DNA of 64,000 nt, from positions 62,001 to 126,000 of the forward strand of contig QPGO01000085.1 in assembly GCA_008632985.1 (NCBI GenBank). The letters run 5' to 3'. Source of the stretch: Psammoneis japonica. Its lineage: Eukaryota. The position numbers and the translations under genes are program-made. Under the pieces are notes generated by a model that saw nothing but the letters and a program-made list of their open reading frames with translations, made no database searches and was not told where the DNA came from. Of this stretch, positions 1 to 13,265 are shown piece after piece. Position 1 is the stretch's first letter. Each line of letters starts with the position of its first letter.

Positions 1-200
1 TGCGGAAACGGATTCATTACGGAATCGTCTCAAACACCATCGGTCAAAGGGTGGTGCGTGGAAGCACGCCCATGCCGCTGACATGGCTGTCTCCGGTGAC
101 AAGACACAAGCTCGCAATGTTTAGAGAGTAGTGATCCAGACGCTGGCCAAAGAAGGCTTTGACTTGCAAATCCGTCCTTCATTGCGGATTGCTATCGACC
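1..200 (+). CDS. MSH1: 3' end of a GIY-YIG endonuclease-domain protein resembling the C-terminus of organellar MutS homolog MSH1 (partial, frameshifted)
   Basis: Manual translation from base 2 gives AETDSLRNRLKHHRSKGGAWKHAHA..AVSGDKTQARN and, after an indel, ..IQTLAKEGFDLQ. This matches the GETDxLxxRxxxHR ... KxxAxxLExxxIxxLxxxGFxL pattern of MSH1 GIY-YIG domains. The gene starts upstream of the window and the end coordinate is approximate. Confidence 0.5.
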
Positions 201-397
201 CGGAAAATGAATGCAGTATTTTGGGCCGACCGCGTCTATGCCCGCAAGTACCAAAGAAAAGCACCAATTCGAAAACAGCACACAATGTAGAAAGTCAATA
301 GCGTCTAAATCTTGCTTTTACTGGGGTTTAGAGACTGCCTTATCACCCTACAATACAAACAAACTATAGGTTGCTTTCGACAATGGCGGCCATCAAG

Positions 398-2700
398 CTA
401 GTGCCGAGCCTTGACGTCTTCGTTCCTATGGTCGCTCGTTTCCGGCTGCTCTTTCAAGGCTGTCCCTTCGTGCGTGATTGAGCAACCCCAGTTCCGAGGC
501 TCACTCTGCCCCAAGCGTGCTGCTGCTTCGTTCTCAAAGTTACAGGCATACTTAACTTGCTCTACTTGAAATCGTTCCATAATTACGTCCTGGATATGGT
601 AGCCATATTCGTTTGACATTTTGAGGGCAATTCGAACGTCATCTTCGTTTACCTTAGCCAATCGTTCCCACCAAAACAAGCTGTCCCGATCATGTTCTTT
701 CGCCCTTCCATTGTTATTTATAGTTCGGTTCATCGATTGGAGAACTGTCCGCAGTGTATCTAGGTTGGGGCACGGTTCCCCGCCATAAACTTCCAAACAC
801 AAGTCCCACGTGTGGATTGGATCGCTCGACAGATCCTCGATCGAAACACGCCAAGCTGCATGCTGCGAAACAAACGAGTTGCGATTGATCCAATGTCGGA
901 GCGCAAGGGAACCGTACATATGGCTGCTGATGTTATGATGAAAATGGTAGCTGAATTCTGATCCATCGCCAAGGAAATCTAAGTTCTCCCACCCGTCAAT
1001 CATTTTCAGCAAAAACCGCACAGATTGTGGCAGCGATTTTCGGCGCGAAAGACGAGACTTCACAGTAGATAGAGGTTCACGGACCAAGTGGACCACTTTT
1101 GCAACACTCAATGCAAAGCGATATCCTGCTTCTTCTTTGATTTTCTGTCTAAATGCGTGAACCCAAGAAGAAGCTCCGTTTGCACCTCCAAACGGCCCGC
1201 AGTCGTAGCTGTTGTCATGGCTAATGTTCCACCCAAACCGATTCAAGTAATTACAAACAAAAGTTGTGCCACTGCGCCCCACACCGGTAATCAGCAGAGG
1301 TCTATCTTTAGCATCCGTCTGGTTGACGAGACTGGAGCTCTGAAAGACAAGGTCGTCGACTAATGAAGGATCACGAAATCGGGTGCTGTTGTGGTATTCG
1401 GTCAGATTTATTTGTAAAGTTGCCGCGCCGATTGCTTGTTCGCCTCGGAGTGTATAGAACAAAGTACCTCTCAACTCATCATCTTTTTCATCTTGATCTG
1501 GAACAAAGAATGGATCGCGGAGCTCTTGTACCGGATCGCAGGGAGCGGGGCCCATCTTGCTTGGTCGCCTTGAACCAATCTCTTGAGGATTCATAATCAC
1601 GGGACCGGGAAGCAGAGTCCACGTTTCCTCCGTCAGATCCATTGTTCCAAGTAAGATTCGCTCTGGCTCGTCACCGATCAAAGTGAAGAATATGAAGAGA
1701 ATGTCTCCCTTGCGATGTATGCAGGCATGCCGAGGTCCTTTCGCAAGGATGCTTACAGTCTTGTATGGGCCTAGCGGGCTTTCGCTCCGCATCAGCGTCA
1801 TAGAACCAATGTTGTCCTCTTGGGACTTGGCGATTGCATATATGACATCCTTGTACACAACAATTTAGAATAAAAGTGGTCCCTTGATACGTATCTATCG
1901 GCTGCATCATTTGGCGCAAAATCCCAGTGAACAAGGTCGTCGCTCACCAAAGCGATGGTCGGCTGACGCTGTCCTTTGGGTACGCCCTTGCAACTGTGTT
2001 TGTGAACGTGCGCATGCATATAGAAGCGACCGTCAAACTCAAGGATGGAAGGGGAGTAGATGCCCCCATCGTTGCATTCTGGAAAACTCGGGATCTGCAA
2101 TTCTGCCACTTCTTGCCATGGACCTGCAGTTGACTTTGATCGAAACAAACGTATCGGACCGCCACTCCTGTGTACATGCTCCCCAACAAAGAGATGGTGT
2201 GTGCCGTTCCACGTGACAACAACTGGGCCATTGATGTTCGGGCATTTGTCCCCTGGATCTTTGTTGGGTGCGACGAGGTCGCAGTCTCCGTGTGGCCTAC
2301 ATAAGGGAGAAATCGTACCAATGGCGTTGTTTTGGAACAAGATTGTTCTTGATTCTGAGGTTGATGCTTCAGAATCAAACGTCGACGTGGTCTCCCTTGA
2401 CAGACGGTCCTCCAATCTTGACAAAGCATCGGCACCTTGCTCTTCTTGGTTCAAATAATGTTTCAACTGACTAACTGTCTGTTGTGGAATGGTTGGGGAC
2501 GACCCAGGAGTGCGTTGAACGGACGACGCAATTACAACGCCGTCATTCCCAGCTTCTACAATGTTGGGACGAAGCTTCAAATCATCATCTTTGAGCCCTT
2601 CTATGTTTTTCCAGTATTCTCGAACCAAAAGCACGGTAGTCAACACCTGCAAGTGTGCTATTGTAAGAAGGATGATCAGTGGTCCTCTTTTTACAGCCAT
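398..2700 (-). CDS. Type II membrane protein: N-terminal anchor, glycoside-hydrolase-like beta-propeller repeats, C-terminal sulfotransferase-like P-loop domain (one frameshift near 1860)
   Basis: ORFs 1798..2700 and 398..1858 overlap and join at HFYSK/VYKDVIYAIAK. There is a hydrophobic N-terminus, propeller-blade motifs (LFRSKSTAGPW, IYSPSILEFDGRFYM, VSDDLVHW, LRDPF) and a PAPS-binding-like LLITGVGRSGTT with VHLVREP. Confidence 0.65.
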
Positions 2701-3052
2701 GTTTTATTGCACAGAAGAACGTCAACTACCAGCAAGGCACAGCGCAGACATCTCCGTTGGACTTGGTTGATGGTTGAGCCGCAGTCACTTCCTTGATGAC
2801 GAATGGAGGATTTGTTTCAAACAAACGCGTACTTTTCTTGCCTGTCAGGAACAACACTGCCATAAATGGTCGAGGGAAAGAGGAGAAAAATGGCGGGCAA
2901 TGGAAACTGCATCCAACGCTCCGCGCTCCAACGCACGCACGGGTGCGCACAAAAGCCCATACCGTACGACCCAAGTCAGTCCGTCGCACGCGGATTTGTA
3001 AATCGGAACGTTTTTTTGCGGACGATGACATTGCAACCTTTTAGCAAAGCGT

Positions 3053-4751
3053 ATGGTTCTTTCTCTGTCGACGTTGGTCGGCCTTGCCTTTGTTCTGTCT
3101 GTGAGAAGTGTCTTTGCAGCCAGCAAGAGTGCCGATGCCAGTGGAGAGTTCCTCTTGTTTTCGGATACTCATTACGACAGATACTATGGCACCGAATATG
3201 CTTTTCAGCACGAGAGCTTTGATGCCTGCCGTCGAGTTTCCTTGTCGGAACAGCAATGCATCCAAATTTGGTTCGTATGGATGTGGATCTTCCAAGGATC
3301 TCATAAGATCAGCCGTGGCGAGTGCGGCTGAAGCGTTGCCCAATCCCGACTTTGTACTCTTTACGGGGGACGCAACTCGGCACGGAACGCCGCAAGTGCC
3401 AAACGTGTCTGATACAGTCCAATTGAGCATGTCGCTTATACCTCAATTGATGAATGAGTACTTTTCAAATACACAAGTAGTATATCTGCCTCCTATTGAC
3501 CTTGGAAATAACGATTTCAAGGGAGACTACAGCCTCAACATTACTTCAACTAAACCTTGCTACATTGAAACGCTCGAGAATGGCACCGTGATTTATCCTA
3601 AACCAACAAATGACTGGCTCAAAACCGTGGCAGCTCGATTCAATTCGTCGTTTGCCTCAGAAAAGGAACTTGCCACGTTTCGCTGTGGAGGATACATGGT
3701 GCGGCATGTCACACCGCAACTCTCAATTATTGTTCTAAACACGGTGCTGTGGTCTCGGTACCTCAATACAGATGCATATGCACAAGACCTGGCATCGGAC
3801 GTTTTTGACCCATTTGGTCAACATGCATGGCTCAATACAACCTTGGCCGACTTGAAGCAATCAGGCAGACGAGTGTATATCAGTGGTCACATTCCACCCA
3901 TGCTTCAGAGCTTTCAATTTGCACTCGGGCAGTCGCTTGTCTACCCACAGCACGCAGAGCGGTATTACGACACGATTGCTCGATATCAAGATTCTGTAGT
4001 GGCGGGTCAATTCTTTGGTCACGTCCATACCAATGAGTTGAGGCATTTGCCTCAAATGGACAACCACTATCCTCCAATGGTGGTTTCAGGATCAATATCG
4101 CCGTGTTATCGTTCAACGCCGTTTTATTCAGTGGTGACATATGATAAAAACACTTCCTATCCGACGGACCTTGTCACGTACAACACCGATTTAGATGCAG
4201 CGAGCGACAATGATACAATGCTTTCCTTTCAACCCATGTTTGACTCTTTGGTAGTCTACTTGGGCATGGACAATCTGACAAACGGTGAGGTGGCCCGACT
4301 GTCGTCTCGATTGGCAGTGGCGGCAGCAAGTGAGGAGGGTTCGACAAGCAAGGGAAATCTATGGCAGAAATACTGGAATACGTGGCGCCAGGGCATGCCT
4401 CAGCCTGAATGTAATTCCCAATGTCAATTGCAGGAAGCGTGCATTATCAAGTGCGGAACTCACACCCTTTTGTACGAGGGTTGCATCTCCAACAACAACC
4501 CAGAGTGCGTCTTGTCAGATGAAGCGTACGCATCCACAATGGCTTCACCCAGTCAACTAAGTTTCGCTTGGATTGGGATTGCAGTAGTTGCTGTTGTATT
4601 CGTTATCTTTGTCTCATTCAAGGCTGTGCGTACATGTCGGAGGCGGCGAAGCGGTCGGGTTCCACTTCCTGATATCGACGAGACTGTGATGGAAGCGTCA
4701 ATCCCCAACACGGAGATGAATGGCGGCCGACCGATACCAGCAGTTGCATAG
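3053..4751 (+). CDS. Acid sphingomyelinase-like (SMPDL3-type) calcineurin-like metallophosphoesterase with signal peptide and C-terminal TM helix (one frameshift near 3230)
   Basis: Signal peptide plus FSDTHYD in ORF 3053..3331. FGSYGCGS, FTGD, LGNND, GHIPP and GHVH metal-binding motifs and a TM helix (WIGIAVVAVVFVIFVSF) are in ORF 3108..4751. Confidence 0.85.
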
Positions 4752-4827
4752 AGCATAGAGCAGTCATGAACGTAGCGAGAATTACGAATGCTTCTTTCGA
4801 GGCCATTTGGGGGGGAGGCTCAACTCT

Positions 4828-7800
4828 TTAGGCATCATCTTGATCTGAAATAGAAAAATCGAGCTTTTCAATATCAATGCCCACTGCTTGAAGCTTTCTT
4901 TGGAAACCAGAAGGAGTGTTGAGAGTGTGAACATAGCACGTGTTTTCCTCTTGTCCGCAGCTGCTCTTTTCGCTTATGACATAGGTGATGAGACCTTGCG
5001 TTTTGGATTTTTTCATCACAATAATGTCATCTCGACGGTCTGGTAACAAAGCTTCTGCTAAGCAAACATGGTTTGTACTCCAGCCCTCGTCAAGAATTCT
5101 ACTGGCGGCAATTTCGAAGCTGAATGATTGCGACACGTGTAGCGACCCGTGCAGTTCACAATAGGCTTCCAAGGATAGTAGCGATACAATTTTAACAGCT
5201 CTCCTCCTGTGGTTTCTTCTACATCTCCTTTGCTGCCTCCGACAGTTGCTATTGCTGCGTCGCCCGCTTCGGAGTTCTCCGACCTTGTACCGCCCCATCG
5301 TCATGTAAGCTCGAAAAGGCGCCGTGGCCAACACTTAAGAAGGCTTAATCGAGGATGATTCAATGGACGTACATAGAGCAAACGCATCGTCACCAATAAC
5401 TTCGACGGACGAAGGAATCTCAACCGATTTGAGAGATAGGCATTCCTTGAAGGCGCCTTTGCCAATACTCTTGACAGAGGAAGGAATCCTAATGGATTCG
5501 AGCGACGTGCACTGATAAAAGGTGTATTCACAAATGCTTTCAACGGATGAAGATATCTCAATCGATATGAGAGATGTGCAATGACGAAAGGCAAATTCGC
5601 CAATTCTTTCAACAGAAGAGGGAATCTCCAACGATTTAAGTAATTTGCAATCACCAAAGGCGCCCACGCCAATAACCGTAACAGAGCAAGGAATCTTCAA
5701 TGATTCGAGGGATCCGCAGTGATCAAAGGCGTAGTCGCCAATAATTTCGACAGATGCAGGGATATCTATCGACCTTAGTGATTTGCATCCACTGAAAGCA
5801 CCGTGCCCAATGTCTTTGACGGATGAAGGAGCATAATCGATTCAAGGGCTTCACAGTGAGCAAAGGAATTGTTACCAAGAACTTTGACTGAAGGAGGAAT
5901 CTCAATTGATTCGAGTGATTTGCATCCATGAAAGGCTCCATGAATGCTCGTGACAGAGGAAGGGATAATAAATTCAATCGACCTGAGTGATTTGCATCCA
6001 TAAAAGACACCATTGCCAACACTTCCGAGGGAGGAAGGAATCTTAATCGATTTGAGACATGTGCATTCACCAAAGGCGCATTCCCCGATGCTTCTGACGG
6101 AAGGAGGAATCTCAATCGACTTGAGGGATGTGCATTGAGCAAAAGCATCGTCACCAATAACTTCAACGGATGAACCATTCTCGATGGATTTGAGTGATTT
6201 GCATCCTCTGAAGGCGCCACTGCCAACACGCTTGACGGAGGAAGGAATTTCAATCGATTTGAGGGCGGCACAATAAGCAAAAGCATGGTCACCAATGGCT
6301 TTGACGGATGAAGCAATCTCAACCGAATTGAGTGATTTGCATCCGGTGAAGGCGCCACTACCGACTGTTGTGACGGAGGGAGGAATCTTAATCGTTTTCA
6401 GGGATGGGCATTGAGCAAAGGTATCATCACCAATAGATTCGACGGATGGATGAATCATAATCTTTTTGAGTGCCTCACATTTACTAAATGCGCCGTTGCC
6501 GACACTCTTGACGGAGGAAGGAAGCTCAATCGATACGAGAGAAGCACACTGAGAAAAGGCGTTTTCACCAACACTCGTAACGGATGAAGGAATCACAATC
6601 GACTTCAATGAATTGCATTCTTGAAAGGCACAACCGCCGATTCTATCGACAGAAGAAGGAACCTTTATCGATTCGAGAGATGAGCAAAATTCAAAGGCAT
6701 TATCGCCGATAGCTTTGACGGATGCAGAAATATCAATCACTTTGAGAGCTTTGCACTTGCTAAAGGCTCCTTGGCCAAGACTCTTGACAGAGTAAGGAAC
6801 CTTGATCGATTCGAGTGATACGCATTGAGCAAAGGTATACGCGTCAACAACTTCGACAACGGGAGGATCTGGGCGGATTGGAGTGAAAAGCATTTACCGA
6901 AAGCGCCCACTCCAATGCTCTTGACGGAGGATGGAATCTTGAATAATCTGAGGCGATGGCATCCCCAAAAACTTTCTACACCAATGGTTTCAACAGAAGA
7001 AGGAATCTCGACTGATTCGAGGGAAACGCAATTAATAAAGGCGGAATTGCCGATGCTCTTGACGGACGAAGGAATCCCAAAGTAAATTGATTTAAGGGAT
7101 TTGCATTCTGCAAATGCAGAACAACCAATACTTTCAACGGATGAAGGAATGGTAATCGATGACAGCAATGTGCAACAACTAAAGGCGTCTTTTCCAATGC
7201 TTGTGACGGAGGTCGGCATATGAACTGATTCGAGGCATGTGCACCAAGAAAAGGCGCCTTCACCAATGCTTGTGACGGAGAAAGGAATTTGAATAGATTT
7301 CAGGGATTTGCAATAAGCAAAAGTACAATCCCCAATAACTTTGACGCGTGAAGGCATCTGAATCGATCCGAGTGATCTGCATCCACGAAACGCGCCATTG
7401 CCAACACTCTTGACCGAGGAAGGAATCTTGATCGCTCCAGAGATTCACACAGAGAGAACGTATGATCGCCAATAATTTCCACTGAGGATGGAATCTCGAT
7501 CGATTTGAGGGAAAAGCAACGACAAAAGGTGCAATTGCCAATGCTCCAGACAGAGGAGGGAATCTTTATCGATTCCAAGGAAAAGCAATTTTCGAAGGCA
7601 TGGTCGTCAATGACCTGGACAGACGAAGGAACCCCAATCGATTTGAGTGCTTTGCATTCCCAAAAGACTCCTTTACCAATGCTGGTGATGGATGAAGGAC
7701 TCCCAAAATCAACTTGGTCGAGGGATTCGCATGCGGCAAAGGCAGACCAACCGATACTGTTGATGCATGAAGGAATATCAATTGCCTTGAGCGATTTGCA

Positions 7801-7992
7801 AGCATAAAAGGCGCGTTTCCCAATGCTTGTGATGGAGGAAGGAAGCTGTATCGACTCGAGGGATTCGCATTCTTCAAAGGCTCCATCACCAATGGTCTTG
7901 ACCGAGGAAACAACAATCACTCTCGTCACGTCCTTGGGAACCGCTTGATTGCCTCCTTTGTAAATGAACGCATCATCACGAGGTAAACTCAT
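4828..7992 (-). CDS. BspA/TpLRR-like leucine-rich repeat (LRR_5) protein, roughly 35 repeats of 23 aa, split by several frameshifts
   Basis: Consecutive ORFs 7300..7992, 6737..7357, 5775..6893 and 5335..5700 all consist of IPSSVxSIGxxAFxxCxSLxSI repeats. The N-cap FIYKGGNQAVPKDVTRVIV is typical of diatom LRR_5 proteins. The 3' end is uncertain. Confidence 0.85.
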
Positions 7993-8449
7993 ATTGTTGC
8001 TTTTTCATCAAAAAATCTATGTCTTTGGAAGTGGTTCGGTGCTGCGTTTATGTTGTCGTTCGCTTATTATGCGCCTTCATGGCTGTCACGTATGGTATGT
8101 AGTCAGTCGTGCACGGGCAAAACGCGATCTCCCTCGGACATCGTTTCAAAAAATCCATGCTGGATCCTTTCAGATGCCCGTTACAGCGTGTCGCTTGTCA
8201 CTTTGCATGCATTGTCAATGTTCACTTTGGGGTCGACCATCGAGCATCGAGTCGTCGTCGAGATAGTCGTCGAGATAGTATGATAGTCGAAGCATGCTGC
8301 AGTATGAGAATGATGAAACTAAGACCTTGCTACTCCGCATGCGGACAGACGCAAGGTCATTTTTTGACGTACGCCACAACCGGTCCATCCGCCCACCCGT
8401 CTCGTCTCGCCCTTTCTCACAAAAACACATGGATTGCGGCAGTGTCGCA

Positions 8450-9900
8450 ATGGCAATGGGCTGTCGCTCCGTGCGTCTTTTGGATGTGGATTCGAGCCCA
8501 CAAATACATCCAGAGTGACAGGAGTTGCGGTTGGTCAAGGTTGTGCCACACAGCCAAGGGGAGAGCAAAAAAAACAACACCCGCTCTTCTCACAAAATGC
8601 TCTGGTTGGTGTGCCGCCCTTTGTGAGCTGGTTGTCATTGTCGAAGGGGGGGGGGAGAAAGATTGAATCAATTGGGCATTTTCATGCTCCTCCCTTCCCT
8701 GCCCTCATGTCTGACAGAAGGGGACATCCACCTGCCCCCATGATGTGCTTGGGCTTCAAAAAGGTGCCGCTCTGCCATTGAGTGCTTGAATTTGAGCACC
8801 CCCACAGTGACAAGGGGCCACAGCTCAGGAACTCAGGTGCGTTTGTGATTTAAGAAAGTGGTGGCAAGCTGTGGCTGGTTGGGGAGAGCAAAAAGGCCAG
8901 CCTCTGTCTCTGATTTTGCTTGGGGAACGTCTCGCCTCTCCAGTGGCCTGAGCACCCCGCTCCACCAAACCCTTTGCAAGATTTGCAATTTGCACCCTTC
9001 ATGCAGACATCAAGCAAAAGCAGAACTTGTCTTGCTCCTTTCAGCATTGATCAGACTTGCCACAAAAAAAGCAAAGATGCAAGCAGTGCACAGTGAAAAA
9101 GGCAGAGAAAGTGTGGGTGTGGCATTGATGTCATCAACCAGTGCATCAAGGAGGAGCAAGTGGGCAGGAACACACAAAGTGGTGACCCACAAAACACATG
9201 AGATGAAAAAGCATTGCTCTGTCATTGGAGCCACTTTTGCACACCAGACCAAGGGGTCAGCAAACAAAACACTTGCTGGGTCACTCTCACGCAAGCAAAG
9301 TGGTGGAGGTGTTCAGGGTCTGTGTGCAGGTTGCCAGTGCCTTTGTGAGAGTTGTCAATGGGGGTGGGAGTTGTGATTTTGCACACCCACTTGGTGGCCA
9401 TGTGGGAGTGCCGAGACTTGCTCTGCACCCTGAAGAGCGGGAATTTGTCAAATTGGTTGTTGAACCTGCAATGTGCAGCAATGCTGTGGGCACCACACAA
9501 TGTCAACAGCCTGCTCTGGCCTGGGTCACCCCATGGGGGCAAGCCTGAGTTTCTCCTCAGAGATCCCTCGCCCCAGCATGTGCAATGTTTTGGAAAAAGA
9601 CACACCCGCCTGCGGGGGTCGGGTGTGGAGTGCAGCACCCACCCTCCCCACCCAGGCACAACTTGTCTGCATCTGCTGAGTGCAACAATCCATGAGACTC
9701 TCAGCAGCACCCAGCTGTTGTGGTTTTGAATGCTCTCTCAGAGGCTTGCTGGCTCCTGGACTTCAAAAAAGTCTTTGTGAGCCACGGCAGCAAGAGCCCT
9801 TGCAAGGCCACACATGCGGCTGAGCAGGAGTCGTGTGCCTCAAGAATGAAGAGCCAAAAAGCAACAAATTTCAACTCCTCAGTCTCAACCTTGGCCCCAC
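8450..9900. repeat. CpG/TpA-depleted, TpG/CpA-rich decayed repeat block 1
   Basis: Near absence of TA and scarcity of CG by inspection, with only spurious Cys/His/Gln/Trp-rich ORFs. Boundaries are approximate. Confidence 0.7.
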
Positions 9901-10121
9901 TCTCTCCGATCACCTACCTCACCACCTGCTAAACAAACAACTCCACACGGTTGCGTTGCCATCGCTCGCCCACTTGCCGGCACTTGCTCACTTCCCGACC
10001 CCCGCCGTCTGTCCGCACTGCCGCCCCCCCTTCGTCTCTTCCGCCCACTCTGCCGGTGCCGACCATGGGCCCTCGCCTCAGCCTTACCCCTTCGCGAAAT
10101 CCGACTTGTTGACCACGACGA

Positions 10122-10580
10122 ATGTTTCTATTTCCATCGATTCTATTGACAGGCATGCTGGTTCTAATGATTGGGCGAAAGCCCGAAAACCTCAACATGA
10201 TTGCCACAAGTCTTGCCAATGAAGACTTTCACATGATTGTGTGGAGCGGCATGGATGAAGATTACGACGCGTTGCGTGCCGTTTGTCAACCACAAAAGCC
10301 CGACATTGTATGTGTCGGAGATGGCATGTCACCCGATCTTCGCAGTCGAATCCTTGAAAAGCTATCAAACGAGTATGAAGACTTCAATTTGCCCGAGTTG
10401 CCCAAATACGCGTATCTGAGAAATGTTGGGCCAGACGAAAAGCCAGAGGTAATTGGCAAAATCATGGCTAGTGGGGACGAAGCGAAAATCCAAGAGTTAA
10501 AGGACAAGAAGCTTGGACCGTATGGGACGCCACAATTTGTGATTGATTCGGTCAAGGCCTTTCAGAGCGGTGAGAAATAA
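10122..10580 (+). CDS. Small hypothetical protein (about 140-150 aa)
   Basis: Clean ORF with normal composition and globular alpha/beta-like sequence (LVLMIGRKP..PDIVCVGDGM). No family recognised, and the start may be the Met at 10155. Confidence 0.55.
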   Translation: MFLFPSILLTGMLVLMIGRKPENLNMIATSLANEDFHMIVWSGMDEDYDALRAVCQPQKPDIVCVGDGMSPDLRSRILEKLSNEYEDFNLPELPKYAYLRNVGPDEKPEVIGKIMASGDEAKIQELKDKKLGPYGTPQFVIDSVKAFQSGEK

Positions 10581-10919
10581 AATATCCTAGCAGCTACTGT
10601 ACATTCAGACGATCCACGGAGATTCCGCAGAAAAATGAGAACAAGCTTTCTACTAGAGAAGTGGAAGAACGAAGTAAGACTAATTCCAGAAAGCTGTTAA
10701 GGACACATCAGCTAGTTGTGCAGCTCTCTAATAGAGGGGTCAAGAAGCACAAATACTGTAGTGGCTTGGAACTTTTCCATGGAACCGAGGATACAGAGAG
10801 TAGGTACAATAGCGCTTGTTGCAACGTTGATGGACCAACAAACTCTGGAGTGTGAAGTAGCCTCTAGTAGAAGTTTCTAATGTTGTGTCGCCTACTCAAA
10901 CCAAACCTTCACGTCCTCC

Positions 10920-13265
10920 TCATGCCGCCTTCTCTTTGTCCTCACGTTCGTCCCTGTACTTCTGCATCAGCTCCTCCTGAACATTAGGAGTGACAGCCTG
11001 ATGCTTCAAATATTCCATCGTAAACTCACCCTTGCCTTGCGTTTGACTTCGCAACTCGGTCGAGTAACCAAACATATTGGCGAGGGGGACTTCTGACAAG
11101 ATGTGAACGCCACTACCGTCCTCACTCACGTCGGACGATTGAATAAGTCCCATGCGCCGATTCAACCCGGCAACAACGGTTCCTTGGAATTCACTTGGAA
11201 CGTCGACCTCAACGCTCATGACTGGTTCCAGCACTGAAGGATTGGCTTGCTTCATGGTATCTCGGATAGCGTTTGCCATGCAAATGCGGAAAGCCATGTC
11301 GGAAGAATCCACAGCGTGACTTGCTCCGTCTTCCAGTACAACACGAACACCCTCGACCTCACAACCAACCATACCGCCCTCGGTGACCGCATCATCCATT
11401 CCCTTCGCACAACTTGGGTAGTACTCGGGAGGGATGTTCGTTCCAATACAACGGTTCTCGAAAATGTTTGACTGCCCGCTTTCGGCCATTTCGTTCTCAT
11501 CCAGAGGCTCAATGTAGCCCATAACACGAGCGTATTGACCTGCACCACCCGTTTGCTTCTTGTGAATCCAGTCAAAGGTTTGCTTGGAATTGATAGTTTC
11601 CTTATAGTTGACGTTTGGTTGACCAACCGAGCATTCGACTTGATACTCTCGATTCATTCGTTCAATGTACACCTCCAAATGCAACTCTCCCATTCCACTG
11701 AGAATGGTTTCTTGCGTATCTTCATCGACTCTAACCCGAAGCGTAGGATCTTCTTTGGTAAACTTGGTCAAAGCTTTGCTAAAGTTTTGCTGCATGGTTG
11801 TCTTTTGTGGTTTGACAGCCAAACTCATGACGGGATCCGGAACAAACATGGTACTCATGGCCAAATTCATATTGCCATCCGAGAAGGTATCCATGGACTT
11901 GCATCGACACCAAACATGGCCACGACTTCACCAGCACCAGCTTCGGTAATGTCCTCCATGTCATCCGAGTGCATGCGCACGATCCGTGCCAATTTGATCT
12001 TCTTTCCAGCATCGTTCACGTTGGCAATCATGTTGCCCTTCTTCAGCATACCCTGGTAGATGCGCATGTACGTCAATTGACCAAAAGGAGTTTCTTCCAA
12101 CTTGAATGCTAACGCTAGTAGCGGATCGTCCCGTTTACACGTGACTGGCACCTTGGCTTCATTGTTGGATCGATCAAGGGCAAAATTCTCCTTTTCGTGC
12201 GGTTCCGGCAGATAGTCAACCACACCATCCAAGAGGGGTTGGACACCCTTGTTTTTGAATGCGGATCCCATAAAGACGGGTACAAACTTACAGGCAATCG
12301 TTTGTCGTCGAATGCTTCCTTCAAGGTTTCCGTGTCGGGCGTTTCTTCCATGATGAACAACTCCGCAATCTCATCATCCACGTCTGCCAATCGTTCAATC
12401 AATTCCAATCTCGTTTGTTCCACAACATCCACCATGTCTGCCGGAACCTCTTGTTCAACAACCTTTTCTCCATTGTCACCCTCAAAAATATACGCCTTGT
12501 TTTCAATCACATCAACAACACCGACATGTTTGTCTTCCAGTCCAATTGGCACTTGGACGGGTGCCGCATTCAAACCAAGCTGAGACTGCAATTCCGAAAT
12601 CACTTTTGCAGGATTCGACCCCTGACGGTCCAACTTGTTGACAAAGGCCAATCGTGGAACGTGGTAGCGTTTCATTTGACGATCGACCGTGAGCGATTGA
12701 GATTGAACACCCGAGACTCCGCACAAGACCAAAATGCCACCGTCCAACACCCGAAGAGCTCGTTCTACCTCGATGGTGAAATCTACGTGACCGGGGTGTC
12801 GATAATGTTAATGTGAGCATCGTTCCACTAAGAATTTCGAAACAACAAGAGTTACAGAAACAGTGTAAGTCACACTACTTATTCTCGGCATTCACGTAAA
12901 AAGTGGGACTGAAACAGAAGAACAGACATACCTTACAAAACGTCGCGGCAGATTGAATGGTAATTCCTTTTCTCGTTCCAAATCCATGGAATCCATTTGG
13001 CTCCAACACCATCTTTTCCTCGAACATCATGAATGGAATGGATACGTCCCGTGTAAAACAAAATTCGTTCCGTAAGCGTCGTTTTCCCCGAATCAATGTG
13101 AGCGGATATTCCAATGTTGCGCAATTTGTGTTGTTCGTCGGAAGAAAACCATTGACGAGTAGAACCAAAGGACGAGAGCACTTGAGAGTTCTTCGTGAAT
13201 AGTGTCTTGGAGGGAATGAGCGAATTCCTGCCAAGGGCGCATCGTCTCAGCAGCGTAGCCGCCAT
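10920..13265 (-). CDS. GFM1: Mitochondrial translation elongation factor G1 (intron 12828..12931, several single-base frameshifts)
   Basis: Transit peptide, [111 protein letters not shown]. Confidence 0.95.

Noticed and set aside
10920..13265. Programmed frameshifting or RNA editing in EF-G and LysRS
   Set aside because: Indels are scattered across unrelated genes without slippery-site consistency, so sequencing error is simpler.
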